Notes: generated by a model from the letters alone, not told the origin. A stretch of 45,792 nt of DNA from a virus (IMGVR_UViG_3300016263_001003:1-45792); one strand, 5' to 3'; shown: positions 17,269 to 27,686, numbered from the stretch's first letter. Made by a program: numbers and translations.

Positions 17269-17600
17269 TAGGTGCAAACTCCTGCTACGACAGTTGCTGT
17301 TCCTTCGACCACTCTAGTTTTTTTACCGCTGCCATCAGTAAGTAAAACATCGTAAAGGTATCTTCCTGGTTTTAATGTAGAAGTAGTACCAGAAGTCATC
17401 GCAATAGATACAGATCCAGAACCAGACGTAATTGATACTAAAAAATTTGTTTTATTTGAACTCGCTGGATGTTTAGCTAATTTTGCAACTCCACTGTATC
17501 CAGACAAATTCATTGGAGAATTGTTGGAATTTTCTAATAAGTATGTTGTTGCAAAATTAGCTCCCTGTTCAATTACAATATTCGATACCCTTGCTGACAT
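17268..17600 (-). CDS. Small beta-sandwich virion structural protein (110 aa)
   Basis: IEQGANF...NLSGYS...GRYLYDVLL...TRVVEG pattern typical of phage baseplate/fibre adaptor Ig-like proteins. Confidence 0.8.
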   Translation of the reverse strand: MSARVSNIVIEQGANFATTYLLENSNNSPMNLSGYSGVAKLAKHPASSNKTNFLVSITSGSGSVSIAMTSGTTSTLKPGRYLYDVLLTDGSGKKTRVVEGTATVVAGVCT

Positions 17601-17623
17601 TTAACTAGAGACTTATATAAAAC

Positions 17624-17631
17624 TATTTATA
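17624..17631 (-). promoter_or_regulatory. T4-type late promoter TATAAATA
   Basis: tatttata overlapping the stop of the 75-aa ORF. Confidence 0.75.
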
Positions 17632-17854
17632 GTTTTTCTAGTATTTTGGTGAGAAGATTTTTCATCTCAGAGATTTCATCTGTGAGAGTATCAATTTGAT
17701 TTTCCATCTGTTGCATCTTTTCAATTTCAGCTAGTTTTCTTTTTCTGGAGTAGATGTAATTTTGATACTCTTCTTTGTTTGAATTAATTATTGCAGTTGT
17801 CTGAGAGTCCCTAACTAAATCGGAATGACCCTCAACTTTAATATAATCTTCCAT
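17627..17854 (-). CDS. Hypothetical protein (75 aa) with a C-terminal coiled coil
   Basis: ORF track; KVEGHSDLVRD...AIIN N-terminus; starts 1 nt after the upstream stop. Confidence 0.85.
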   Translation of the reverse strand: MEDYIKVEGHSDLVRDSQTTAIINSNKEEYQNYIYSRKRKLAEIEKMQQMENQIDTLTDEISEMKNLLTKILEKL

Positions 17855-17855
17855 A

Positions 17856-20645
17856 TTATGCTAATGCAAGAACTCTCAAATCTTTAATCAATGGAACAGA
17901 AGCTTGATTTTTACTTAACATAACAATTTTAATTTGGAATGAATCAAAATCTGGTAAGTCAGCAACAGTATATAAGTAATCATCAAAGTCTTTAAGAACT
18001 GGAGTGTTTGCGTTTGACACTCCAGGATCTTTATCTGGTGTTCCTTTTGAATTAAATGGAATAAATCTTTGATATTTACTTGCCGAGTCAGATCGGAATA
18101 CCTTAAAGAAAGTTCTAAAATTAGTACCTGGAGGTCTAAATCCGGCAAACTCAACTCTCAACGAAGTAGCTGGATTTTGTAGTCTGACAACCTTAGATAG
18201 ATAAATGCAATCATGATCATTATCGTTCAGTTTTTTAACTTTATTGCCATTTAGGTAAACTAGATCATCGTCATTATATGGACTATTAATTCTGTTTGTT
18301 GTCGTAATTGCAAATACTCTATCCAAATCAATAACGGGAGAAACATCAGTGTCGTTAGTTGACATGATGGTTTCAACTGTCAGAGATCTTCTTCCTGGAA
18401 AATCTTGTAAGAATTCATTTTCATTGACAACGGAAGTTATAAGTCTTGGACTATCAAAAGTATTGATTTTATTCAATTGAATATCATCAAATCCTTTATC
18501 AATAAATGACAATTGAGCTTGATTTCCTGCCGAAGTTCCAGTAACTGTTCTAGCCCTTCCTGTAATTTTTGTACCAGCTGGAGTAAATGTTTGAACTATT
18601 GGAGTTAGAGTTTCAAACTGAATATTCTTACTAGCGATTACATTTTTACCACCACACTCTTTTGTATCCGAGAAATAAAGAACGGGTAAGGTAGTATAAC
18701 CTTTTCTTCTTTCTGTAGATTTTCCTCCTTGAGTGCCTTTATTAATTTTGATGTAATATCTATCCAAGGTGATATCTGGTTTATCAATGTCTTCATTTCC
18801 ACCATCAACATCATTAAAATCATGATATCTATTAATCCTCATTAAACTTACCCCAGAAAGTTCATATTTTCTTACCTTTGCTCCGGCTGAATAATCTTTT
18901 CCAAATGTGGATTTATTAAATCCATCTAAACATCTTCTTTCTATAATTGAAATAGTATTAGTTGCGGTATTTACTGAGTTGTACTTAATTAGTTCGTCTG
19001 CTATTTTAATGTATCCTGGATTTGTACTAGAAACACTTACTTGTTCAAATGTTGTTAAAATTCCAACACTTGTTAATGTTACGTTGCCAGTTGCATTGCT
19101 AGACAGTGAACTCACTAGTTCTACTGGAGGCAGATCGCCAATTACTCCATCAATTTCTACTAAATTGTTTTTAGCGTGCATACCATGATTCTTATGTTCA
19201 ACTCTAATTACAGATCCTTCTCTAATAAACTGAATACTATCTTCTGGATCATTGGATAATGCAATGCCAGTGGCAAATCCTAAGGTTGTACCTGCTCCAG
19301 TAAGAATTGTCAGTTGATCATTTTTGTTAAAATCACCTTGAATATCTTCGACCAAGATACCTCTTACAGCTGTAACAATTCCAACAGTAAATGATACATT
19401 ATCACTTACTCCAATGTTTGCTAGAACAATGTCACCAACATTGTAAGAAGTTCCACCAGCAGTCACATTTACTTGTGAAATTGTTCCATTATTAACTACA
19501 ATGTCTCCAACCAAACCAGAACCCAACTTATTGAGAGGTAATCCCTCAAAAGTTTCTGGAACCGATACAAATGATACATTTGTATATGTGTGAATACCTG
19601 AAGATGGCGTTAAACCAATTCCAGTGTTCCTATATGTTAATGAAGTAGTGCCTACTCCCACGGAACCAGTGGTATATACAATTCTGCCAGTAGATTGAGT
19701 TGCCTCTTGATATATTAGTGCTCCTTTTTTGAGTTGAGAAGTAACTGGGATTGGTGCAGAAAAATCAAAAGACGCTTGTCTAGACAAAACAATGAGTGGA
19801 TTTTGTTTTAAAAGAGTTTCTCCAAAATTTTCATAGTCCAATTGTGAATTGTAAAAATTAGCAATTCCAATAGTTGAGAACTTTGCTTTGTATAATTTAA
19901 ATTTCAAATCAATATTATTGGATGGTTCCCAAGTTCCTCCAAGTTTTGATTTAAATAAACTAACAACTAAAGGTTGTTTGGATGATTTTACTTTGTTTTT
20001 TTTCTCTTTCTCGTCTTTTTTATTTTCAACCTTTTTGGGTTTTTGTGGTCTTACCTTTGTTCCTGGTTCTACATGTTTCTTTACTTGTCTTTTTTGAGAC
20101 TCCTTCTCTTGCTTATCTTTTCTATCCTTGTCTCTTTTCTTTTCTTTTTCCTCTTTTTCCTTTTCTTTTTGTTTTTCTTTTTCGTTTTTATTATTTTTTT
20201 TATCTTCTTTTTTGGGGTCGTCTTTTTTGCCAGTTTTATTCTTGTCTTCTTTTTTCTCCTTTTCTTCTTGTTTAGTTGTCTTATCTTTATTCTTTTTTTC
20301 TTTCTCTTTATTTTCCTTTAATTTTTTCTCTCTGTCTTCATCCTTTTTGTCTTTGATGACAACGTTTTTCTTCTTTTCCTCTTCTTTCTCTTTTGTTTTT
20401 TTGTCCTTGGCTTTTTCTTTATCCTTATCCTGTTGTGGTTTATCCGCTACGACTCTTCTCTGAGCCTCAACTTGTTGTTGTCTCTGTGGATTTTGTTGTT
20501 GAGCTTTTTTCTCTTCTCTCTTTTCTTGTTTTTCGTCGTTCTTTTTTTTATTATCTTTAATTACTTCAACAACTTCTTTAACTTTAGACTTTTTTTCCTC
20601 CTTATCCCCGACCACTTGAGCCCTTACTGCTTTTTGTCTAGCCAT
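17856..20645 (-). CDS. C-terminal part of the VrlC/DUF4815-type baseplate protein, with a ~220-aa K/E/D-rich N-terminal extension (929 aa)
   Basis: From residue ~224, QPLVVSLFKSKLGGTWEPSNNIDLKFKLYKAKF, VSPVIDLDR and FQIKIVM...PLIKDLRVLALA match the usual C-terminal part of this cyanophage family. Confidence 0.85.
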   Translation of the reverse strand: MARQKAVRAQVVGDKEEKKSKVKEVVEVIKDNKKKNDEKQEKREEKKAQQQNPQRQQQVEAQRRVVADKPQQDKDKEKAKDKKTKEKEEEKKKNVVIKDKKDEDREKKLKENKEKEKKNKDKTTKQEEKEKKEDKNKTGKKDDPKKEDKKNNKNEKEKQKEKEKEEKEKKRDKDRKDKQEKESQKRQVKKHVEPGTKVRPQKPKKVENKKDEKEKKNKVKSSKQPLVVSLFKSKLGGTWEPSNNIDLKFKLYKAKFSTIGIANFYNSQLDYENFGETLLKQNPLIVLSRQASFDFSAPIPVTSQLKKGALIYQEATQSTGRIVYTTGSVGVGTTSLTYRNTGIGLTPSSGIHTYTNVSFVSVPETFEGLPLNKLGSGLVGDIVVNNGTISQVNVTAGGTSYNVGDIVLANIGVSDNVSFTVGIVTAVRGILVEDIQGDFNKNDQLTILTGAGTTLGFATGIALSNDPEDSIQFIREGSVIRVEHKNHGMHAKNNLVEIDGVIGDLPPVELVSSLSSNATGNVTLTSVGILTTFEQVSVSSTNPGYIKIADELIKYNSVNTATNTISIIERRCLDGFNKSTFGKDYSAGAKVRKYELSGVSLMRINRYHDFNDVDGGNEDIDKPDITLDRYYIKINKGTQGGKSTERRKGYTTLPVLYFSDTKECGGKNVIASKNIQFETLTPIVQTFTPAGTKITGRARTVTGTSAGNQAQLSFIDKGFDDIQLNKINTFDSPRLITSVVNENEFLQDFPGRRSLTVETIMSTNDTDVSPVIDLDRVFAITTTNRINSPYNDDDLVYLNGNKVKKLNDNDHDCIYLSKVVRLQNPATSLRVEFAGFRPPGTNFRTFFKVFRSDSASKYQRFIPFNSKGTPDKDPGVSNANTPVLKDFDDYLYTVADLPDFDSFQIKIVMLSKNQASVPLIKDLRVLALA

Positions 20646-20683
20646 AATACTTTTTTAAAAAAGAGAAATTGACATGTAGTATA

Positions 20684-20690
20684 TATTTAG
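20684..20690 (-). promoter_or_regulatory. Late promoter variant CTAAATA between the two DUF4815 ORFs
   Basis: tatttag 1 nt after the TGA of the 1790-aa ORF and 38 nt before the next ATG. Confidence 0.65.
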
Positions 20691-20691
20691 T

Positions 20692-23600
20692 TCAATTATC
20701 AGTAATATCTTCATCACCATTTTTAGCTACCCATACATCATAAGAATCATCCGAAGTAATCAGAACTAAAGCATATTGAGTTCCATTACCTTCCAAATAA
20801 ACTGGAGATTGGAATTTAAATTCAGTTGGTTCACTAGCATCTTCGGAAACGTTTACTTGTGATGGAATTTTTGTAACTTCAGAAAATGGAACAACTATTT
20901 TAGTTGGAACTCCATTTTGAACTGTTCTTATTTGTAAAGTTACTGGTGTAAGATAATCATCATCTTCATCATCATCTTTCCTCTTTTGTTTTTCCGTATC
21001 TGCAGGAACAGGTTTTGATCTAAAAAATAATTCAACTTTTGTTAGAAAAACTCCATTTTCTTCAGCAACTTTAAATGTTTGAGCTAAAGGTTCTGGTTGT
21101 TTTGTTAATTCTGGTTCTATATTTTCATTGGTGACACTATTTGCATCATCCTTTGATGCAACTAGTTTATCATCACTAATACTTGTTTTTTCAAACTGAG
21201 CATTTCTAATCGATAAAATTGCATCTTGAGTAACATCTATTGATCCTGCAGAAGTATAGTTTGCTTCTGCAACAGAACTAACTGCTTTTTTGTCAATGTC
21301 AGCGTTTTTGGAACTAGTTGTCAATCTGAAAGTTTTTGTTCCTGTGGTGAACTTTGGATTTCCAGATTTCTTTTGACTATGTTTTGGAATGAAAAATGTT
21401 CCATAAAGATTTCCAATCACGTCACTAACTAATCTAATATCCTTTACTCTACAAACAGCATTCGATTCTTCTCCACGAAGAACCATTCCCACTTCAATCC
21501 AACCAGTAAATCGACCTTCAGAAGCTAATCCTAAAGCTCCAGTATCAATATTCAATAATGTGGAATCAGCAGCATAATTGTTTGGAATAGTTTTTGTTTG
21601 ATCATATGGATTTTTCGAAAATCTTAGAGTTGGTTTATAATATGGACCTTCTTTATGTTTTAAATCGGCTAATCTAGCTCTAAAGTAAGCATCATTTTGT
21701 CTAATCTGATCGCCTTCATCATCTTTAGCTCTTCCTCTAATTGTCTCTCCAGATTTAAATACTCCAGAAATCATTTCAATTTCTATCAACTTTGGAACAC
21801 AGAATTTAGTTACATTTTTTCCACCAAAGAAAGCGAAAAATTTAGTAAATGGTTTGAGTCTTTTAGCCTCAAACTCAATGTTCCTAGATCTCATATACTT
21901 TACGACATTTTCATTGATAAGTTTGTTTCCAACTTTTACGTCATATTTTCCTGGAACAGATTTGTATTGAACACCATCTCTGGTGTCAATTGCATTGGCA
22001 TCGTAGATATCCAGATCTGCAGATTGAACTGGATTTTCAATTCTTTCTGATTGAGATCCTAAAGTAATATTATTTACTTCTTTATTGCTCTTTGTTTTTA
22101 ATTCATTGGGAATTCCAGTATGATAAATCATCCAAGATTTCCAATCAATAGGAACAAATCCAGGATCTGGATCATCTTGGAAAATGTCAATTAGAACACT
22201 GTAATCTGCTTTAATATCTTGTTCAGTTGCTGAAACTCTCTTTTCTTCAATCCAAACATCAGAAGATGGATTCAAGTCAATGATGCCAATCCAATTCTCC
22301 ACATCAAATGGATTAATCTCCATCGCTGTAGTTGCAAATTTGGATTCTAATCCATCAACTTCCTCATAATCTAAAGTTAATAAGTCTCCAGTTTTTCTGA
22401 TACCTGGACTCAACAAACCATCTTTATTTTTGTTATCTTCATTTGGATCATAAATGATATCAGATCCTAAGAATAAATCTACTCCAGTTGTGTAGTGAGA
22501 TGGTCTAAAGACACCCTCTTCTAAGTCAATAGAACCTTTGAATCCTTTTAAATCATGAGCTGCATGTGATTTGAAATTATCTACAAAGAATCCAGATTTG
22601 AATCTATCTAATCCAGTAGACTCATCTTTAACACTTAATGAAGCAGTGCTCATTTCCAGTAGTGAAAGTTGAGTATAATATTCTAGATTTTTAATTCTAT
22701 CTTCAAGTCTTCCAATGTCTTCCATCGTATATCTTCTATACGATGGGAAAGTTACTCTAGCGTCATCTGGATCAGATAAAAACGGTGGTAAGAATATAGT
22801 GGAGATTTCCATCTTCGATGCATCCGAAGGTGGCTCTAATTGGATCTCAGATGGATCACCTTGAACCAACGTAAATTCGCCGTTTTTGCTTAAAGAAAGT
22901 TTATCAACTCTTCCAAGATAATATGAATATGATAGAGTTATTGATTTATTGGTTACTAATGTAGTAGGAATAAATGGTGACGTTGAAAATACTCTACCTT
23001 CAAATTGAAATGGGGATACAGAAGTATTAGTATATGGAGCAACTAATGGTCTAAAATCAACATAATCACTAGCTTTTCTACCGCCAATTGATGGTAAATT
23101 ACTTTCATAATCATCTGGAGAGAAACTTCCAACAGTTACAAAATCACCAGCTTGATTTGCATCAATTTCATATCGATCATAGACGATAGTAATTCTTCTT
23201 TTTGGATGATCTAAAGCTTTATCTTTTTTGAGAACTAATCTCGAAAAATCAAGATAATCATTTCTATATCCATTATCAAAATTGTAAATGTTTCTGATAT
23301 CAATATCGCCAGAATCAAATTTACTTACATTAGCTACAATTCTAGTAGTCGTAAAAGTAACTGTTTCGCCAACAGAGAATGTTTTTTTGTTTTGGAATAC
23401 TAAGTTTACTTTATTTGACCCACTAACAGAAACAACAGAAGCTACAGTTTTACTGGTATTACCAATAATAGTTTCTCCTGGAGTCAAGGTTGAAATCGGA
23501 CCAGAAATGTTTACCAAAACAATAGATGGTAAAGTTGGATCATTATTGTTATTTGAAACAATTACCGAATGAACTCTCAGAACGTCAGGATAATTTAAAC

Positions 23601-26064
23601 AAATAGTATCATCTTCTACTCTAGTACCAAAAGCCTGACTTGGAGTTAATCCTCTATTGGCTACCTCACCAATTGTTTTATCTATAGTTAAAGTTTCACA
23701 TTTTCTTAGTACTTTGTTTTGGCTGTTTACAGTACTTTTTCTGACAGTAGTTAACAGGGAGGCTGTGCCAGTTACATTAGTAATTCCACTGATTGTTACT
23801 GTTTTTGAGTCGAGAGAAATATTTACTTTTCCTGAAGTGATGGTTTCGATTGCTCCACTATCAGAATCGAAAAGCATATAATCCTCTGCAGAATCATATG
23901 GTTCAAACAATAAATCTGGATCTGTGAGAGTATAACTAGCTGTTCCTGAAGTTACAGTTACGGTGTATTTTTCCCTAGTAATTAAATCAGCTTGTGTCAA
24001 ATTGACACTTGAGATGAAAGCGTGCGATAATGGAACTAAAAGATCATCTTTTTGTTTATCAAACAATTGAGTTCTTAAAATGCCAAAATCATTTGTTGAT
24101 GTTTGTGATCCTGGTAAAGATCCATCACATACTTTAGAAACGGAAGAAACAGCGGATACTGTAATTGACCCTCCATTATCTGCAATTGATTCTACTCTGT
24201 GAAAAATTGGAACAGTGGAACCTCCAGAGTATGAAACAATGTCCCCAACTTTAATCTTATCTGTACTAAATCTAGATCTTGGGCTAGTTACAGTTGATAT
24301 TCCAGAAACTGCTGCACTAATTGTATATCTAGATCCTTGAGAATCAATTTCTTTCTTACTTGATAAAATAGAATCTGCTGTAAAAATTACAGTTCCATCA
24401 TTGACTTCAAAAGATTTTACATCACCAATATTATAATCTGTTACAGTCTTAATATCGGCTACTTGTGAGTTTCTTTCATTTGCATATATTTTTTCACCTT
24501 TCATGAAAGTTCCAGTGACATCAGATAAAATCAGTGTTTTTGAATTCGTCACATTTTGTGTCAAAAATCCACTTGCACCACTACTCACACCTTCAATAAA
24601 ACATGGAACTGTAAGATTTACATTTACATTTGTTTCTAATTGTGTGTATAAATCTAAATCAATAAAAAACATGTTGTATTTCGTCTCTGCACCCGAATGG
24701 GGTCCTTGATCAATATCGATTTTAAAATCATACAAAACTGCCTGTCCAATTTCAGAACCAGTAGAAATGCCAGGAGTGTTTGTTCTTCTGTCTCTTAAAC
24801 TTACATTAACTGTTGATCCTAATCCTAAAGTTGGACAACCATATACATTGTTTACATCAATTCTATTGCCCATACTAAAAATAAAGTTCCTGAGTTCTGC
24901 ATTCTTTACTACTCTAGGTTTAGGAACATCAATAAATGTCTCTGTGGTTTTCTCTACTTCATAACCTCTAATATATGCTTTTCCTGGGCTAATCTGCAGG
25001 GTCATTAAGTCTTTCGATGGAGTATTGCCCTGACTTGTTAATTCTGACGCATCATATACTCCATCATTGTCAATGTAGTCGTCTAAACTATCTCTAACTT
25101 TTACTTTAAACGGTTTAATTGTATAGTCACCAGACTCATCATAAGTTCTTCTGGCTAACTCTTTTCTAAACTCATTTTCAGATTCTTTTTTGTTGTTAGT
25201 GAGATTTACTATTTTTCCATTAACAACCCTCATCAATTCTATAAAATTTTCATCTCGGAAATCAGTTGTTGGTTTCTTTATGAAAGTCGTATAAATTTGC
25301 AATCTGTCTGCTCCTGGAGCAGAAAAATTAGAAAAACCTCTAGCATTATCAAAAAGATCTGGATCATCATATGCTGTAACAATGTCCTCGTCAATTTGCA
25401 ATCCAATTCTGTATGAAGGTGTGTTGCTATACTGATCTAATATGATTGTTTGTTTGGGAACCGAAACAAAAAATCCTCGAATATAATATATCCCTTCGTC
25501 TATAGTTGCAGCTGAACCAGATCTCGCTGCGTCTAAAGCAACGGTTTTTGCAAATGAAGAATTGAGTCTAATTGTATTTCCACTGAAAGTGATATCTGAT
25601 CCAGAAGATAGAATTAATTCTTCATCTTCTAAAAACTCTTTGTCTGTTAGGTTTACTGAAGATGGAGTTAAGTATTTTACATATAAAGTATCAATTCCCA
25701 AATCTGAATTTTGAGCTGAGATATAGTTTAATACTTTTGCTGTTACGCCAGATCTTTTACCTGTAATTTTTCTATTGATTAATTCTTCGCAATAATCATC
25801 AACTTCAAATCCTAAGAAATTTGGATTGATAAGTATTGCATCATAATTTCCAAGATATGCTACATTACCAGGAACTACAGCGTCACCATTCTTATATACT
25901 CCATCAGCAAAACTTTCAATTTGATCTTGGAGTATGCTTTGTAATGATGTTAATTCTCTAGCTTGAACTGGAACTCCAGGTTTGAATAGAATTCTTTTGT
26001 AATTATCTGTTGGTTCAAAGTCGTCATAATAAGGAGAAACATTTAGATTAGTCTTTTCTGGCAT
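20692..26064 (-). CDS. N-terminal part of the VrlC/DUF4815-type baseplate protein (1790 aa)
   Basis: MPEKTNLNVSPYYDDF, LFKPGVPVQARELTSLQSILQ, APGADRL, LARRTYDESGDY, RYTMEDIGRLEDRIKNLEYYT and RFKSGFFVDNF; follows gp8. Confidence 0.92.
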   Translation of the reverse strand: MPEKTNLNVSPYYDDFEPTDNYKRILFKPGVPVQARELTSLQSILQDQIESFADGVYKNGDAVVPGNVAYLGNYDAILINPNFLGFEVDDYCEELINRKITGKRSGVTAKVLNYISAQNSDLGIDTLYVKYLTPSSVNLTDKEFLEDEELILSSGSDITFSGNTIRLNSSFAKTVALDAARSGSAATIDEGIYYIRGFFVSVPKQTIILDQYSNTPSYRIGLQIDEDIVTAYDDPDLFDNARGFSNFSAPGADRLQIYTTFIKKPTTDFRDENFIELMRVVNGKIVNLTNNKKESENEFRKELARRTYDESGDYTIKPFKVKVRDSLDDYIDNDGVYDASELTSQGNTPSKDLMTLQISPGKAYIRGYEVEKTTETFIDVPKPRVVKNAELRNFIFSMGNRIDVNNVYGCPTLGLGSTVNVSLRDRRTNTPGISTGSEIGQAVLYDFKIDIDQGPHSGAETKYNMFFIDLDLYTQLETNVNVNLTVPCFIEGVSSGASGFLTQNVTNSKTLILSDVTGTFMKGEKIYANERNSQVADIKTVTDYNIGDVKSFEVNDGTVIFTADSILSSKKEIDSQGSRYTISAAVSGISTVTSPRSRFSTDKIKVGDIVSYSGGSTVPIFHRVESIADNGGSITVSAVSSVSKVCDGSLPGSQTSTNDFGILRTQLFDKQKDDLLVPLSHAFISSVNLTQADLITREKYTVTVTSGTASYTLTDPDLLFEPYDSAEDYMLFDSDSGAIETITSGKVNISLDSKTVTISGITNVTGTASLLTTVRKSTVNSQNKVLRKCETLTIDKTIGEVANRGLTPSQAFGTRVEDDTICLNYPDVLRVHSVIVSNNNNDPTLPSIVLVNISGPISTLTPGETIIGNTSKTVASVVSVSGSNKVNLVFQNKKTFSVGETVTFTTTRIVANVSKFDSGDIDIRNIYNFDNGYRNDYLDFSRLVLKKDKALDHPKRRITIVYDRYEIDANQAGDFVTVGSFSPDDYESNLPSIGGRKASDYVDFRPLVAPYTNTSVSPFQFEGRVFSTSPFIPTTLVTNKSITLSYSYYLGRVDKLSLSKNGEFTLVQGDPSEIQLEPPSDASKMEISTIFLPPFLSDPDDARVTFPSYRRYTMEDIGRLEDRIKNLEYYTQLSLLEMSTASLSVKDESTGLDRFKSGFFVDNFKSHAAHDLKGFKGSIDLEEGVFRPSHYTTGVDLFLGSDIIYDPNEDNKNKDGLLSPGIRKTGDLLTLDYEEVDGLESKFATTAMEINPFDVENWIGIIDLNPSSDVWIEEKRVSATEQDIKADYSVLIDIFQDDPDPGFVPIDWKSWMIYHTGIPNELKTKSNKEVNNITLGSQSERIENPVQSADLDIYDANAIDTRDGVQYKSVPGKYDVKVGNKLINENVVKYMRSRNIEFEAKRLKPFTKFFAFFGGKNVTKFCVPKLIEIEMISGVFKSGETIRGRAKDDEGDQIRQNDAYFRARLADLKHKEGPYYKPTLRFSKNPYDQTKTIPNNYAADSTLLNIDTGALGLASEGRFTGWIEVGMVLRGEESNAVCRVKDIRLVSDVIGNLYGTFFIPKHSQKKSGNPKFTTGTKTFRLTTSSKNADIDKKAVSSVAEANYTSAGSIDVTQDAILSIRNAQFEKTSISDDKLVASKDDANSVTNENIEPELTKQPEPLAQTFKVAEENGVFLTKVELFFRSKPVPADTEKQKRKDDDEDDDYLTPVTLQIRTVQNGVPTKIVVPFSEVTKIPSQVNVSEDASEPTEFKFQSPVYLEGNGTQYALVLITSDDSYDVWVAKNGDEDITDN

Positions 26065-26067
26065 GGT

Positions 26068-27654
26068 TTAAAACTCTACTACGATTCTAATGTCTTCAGA
26101 TTGTTGTGGAGATCTTGGAACACTTACTATTTGGTCAACATAAACTATGTCTCCAGATTTTGGATCTATATCTGGATTTGCAACTCCATTTATGAATGAT
26201 AAACCTAAGGAATAAGTCTTATTATTTATGTCAGTAGAGACACCCGTAAATGAAGTTTGAATACCCAAATCACTACCAACAGTTGCACCAGAAATAAAGG
26301 TTGTTCCACCAACTCCAGGAGTTGCAGTAAATTTGTGAATCTTATAATTATATTCACTGGAAGCTAAACCAATTGGTTGATAATATTTTAAAACTCCAGT
26401 TGACTGATCATGAGAAACAACAAAACCATAAGCAGTAGATCCAACACCTACAGTTTGTGATATTAAAGTATCCGCATCATATTCAGTTGTTAAAATATTA
26501 TTTGCAAATTTTATAGCGCCAACACCACTAGCGACAGCTTGTGTTTGTAATTGAGTTTGGGATCCAAATATTGTGGGATTTTTAATTATTCCAATTCTAG
26601 CAAAATCGTTTCCAGAAAGAAAATCTGGATTATCTGAACTATTTTGGAAAGAACTGAAGAACATTACTCTGTTTGATCCAAGTTCTCTATAAATATCATA
26701 ACCATGACCACCTTTTGGTGGTATAATCACTTCAAATCTAGCTATAGCGGTTGTTCCGACTCCAGTGTTTGTCAAACCATTTAATGGCTCTCCAGAACCC
26801 GTTTTTGGACCATTTGGACTGAAAGATAGAACACCTCTGGTATATCCAGATCCATTTTTGGTCACAATTACATTTTCAACTCTTCCATTTGAACCAACAG
26901 TGATAGTAACTTCAGCTCCATCACCATCTCCTAAAATTGGAACGTTGGACCAAACAGTATTTGGCGTATAACCAACTCCAGAAGAAAGAATGTTTACAAT
27001 CTTAATCTCACCATCAACAGCATTTTCTTTGATGTCTAAGGATTCTCCAGACTGCCCCCAGTTATTTGGCACAGGAATATAATTTACAGAATCATATTTG
27101 ATAATTTCTGATGGACTTAAAGTATATAAGTATTTCCAAATATAACCATCTCCACTAGTGCCTGCTTCTTGTGGATCTAAGTCTGTGAAATCAGGTTCAT
27201 CTACTGAGGGTTTTCCTTTGGGATTTGCTGGTTCTTGACCATTTTTCAAACAAATATAAACTTTATAGTTTGAATTAATTACTACATAATTTGCATCATA
27301 CAATGAAGAAGAATCTGTTATTGGAGTTCTATAATTAATAGTATAATTATGTTTATACATTTCATAAGTTCTACCAGCTTCCCACTTCAATTTACGGATT
27401 ACTCTAGTTACATCTCCACTATTAATTTTTTTTAATGAAATAATAGTTGGTCTAGATTCATTCTCATTATCAAAACTATCTAATGGATTTGGAACATTAG
27501 TATTCCAGTCAGTAGATCCACCACTGACTACATTAGTTGGATTGGACAGTCCAATAAAAGTATAAAAAATATTTGTATTCCCAGCTCCAGCAACATTTTC
27601 TAAAAATGTAGATGCATTTAGTATTCTAAACTGATCAGTGATAATTGCAGACAT
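26068..27654 (-). CDS. gp8: Baseplate wedge subunit (528 aa)
   Basis: MSAIITDQFRILNA, YKVYICL, DGYIWKYLYTL, IIPPKGGHG and EDIRIVVEF are typical of cyanophage gp8. Confidence 0.95.
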   Translation of the reverse strand: MSAIITDQFRILNASTFLENVAGAGNTNIFYTFIGLSNPTNVVSGGSTDWNTNVPNPLDSFDNENESRPTIISLKKINSGDVTRVIRKLKWEAGRTYEMYKHNYTINYRTPITDSSSLYDANYVVINSNYKVYICLKNGQEPANPKGKPSVDEPDFTDLDPQEAGTSGDGYIWKYLYTLSPSEIIKYDSVNYIPVPNNWGQSGESLDIKENAVDGEIKIVNILSSGVGYTPNTVWSNVPILGDGDGAEVTITVGSNGRVENVIVTKNGSGYTRGVLSFSPNGPKTGSGEPLNGLTNTGVGTTAIARFEVIIPPKGGHGYDIYRELGSNRVMFFSSFQNSSDNPDFLSGNDFARIGIIKNPTIFGSQTQLQTQAVASGVGAIKFANNILTTEYDADTLISQTVGVGSTAYGFVVSHDQSTGVLKYYQPIGLASSEYNYKIHKFTATPGVGGTTFISGATVGSDLGIQTSFTGVSTDINNKTYSLGLSFINGVANPDIDPKSGDIVYVDQIVSVPRSPQQSEDIRIVVEF

Positions 27655-27671
27655 TTTTTAGTTTTTTTATT

Positions 27672-27679
27672 TATTTATA
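27672..27679 (-). promoter_or_regulatory. T4-type late promoter TATAAATA upstream of gp8
   Basis: tatttata in the intergenic gap. Confidence 0.8.
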
Positions 27680-27686
27680 AGTCATC

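Noticed and set aside
19888-20672. Several overlapping Phe/Leu/Ser-rich + strand ORFs that look like membrane proteins
   Set aside because: They are antisense shadows of the purine-rich K/E/D tract, which produces few stop codons on the opposite strand; no promoter or Shine-Dalgarno.
19974-20694. Group I intron or intein as the explanation for the DUF4815 split
   Set aside because: No recognisable P/Q/R/S core elements, homing endonuclease motifs or intein C1/HN termini; the insert is simple low-complexity coding sequence.
20646-20694. Simple programmed -1 frameshift joining the two DUF4815 ORFs
   Set aside because: The slippery tract lies after the TGA and the downstream ORF is in the +1 frame, so a single -1 shift cannot fuse them.
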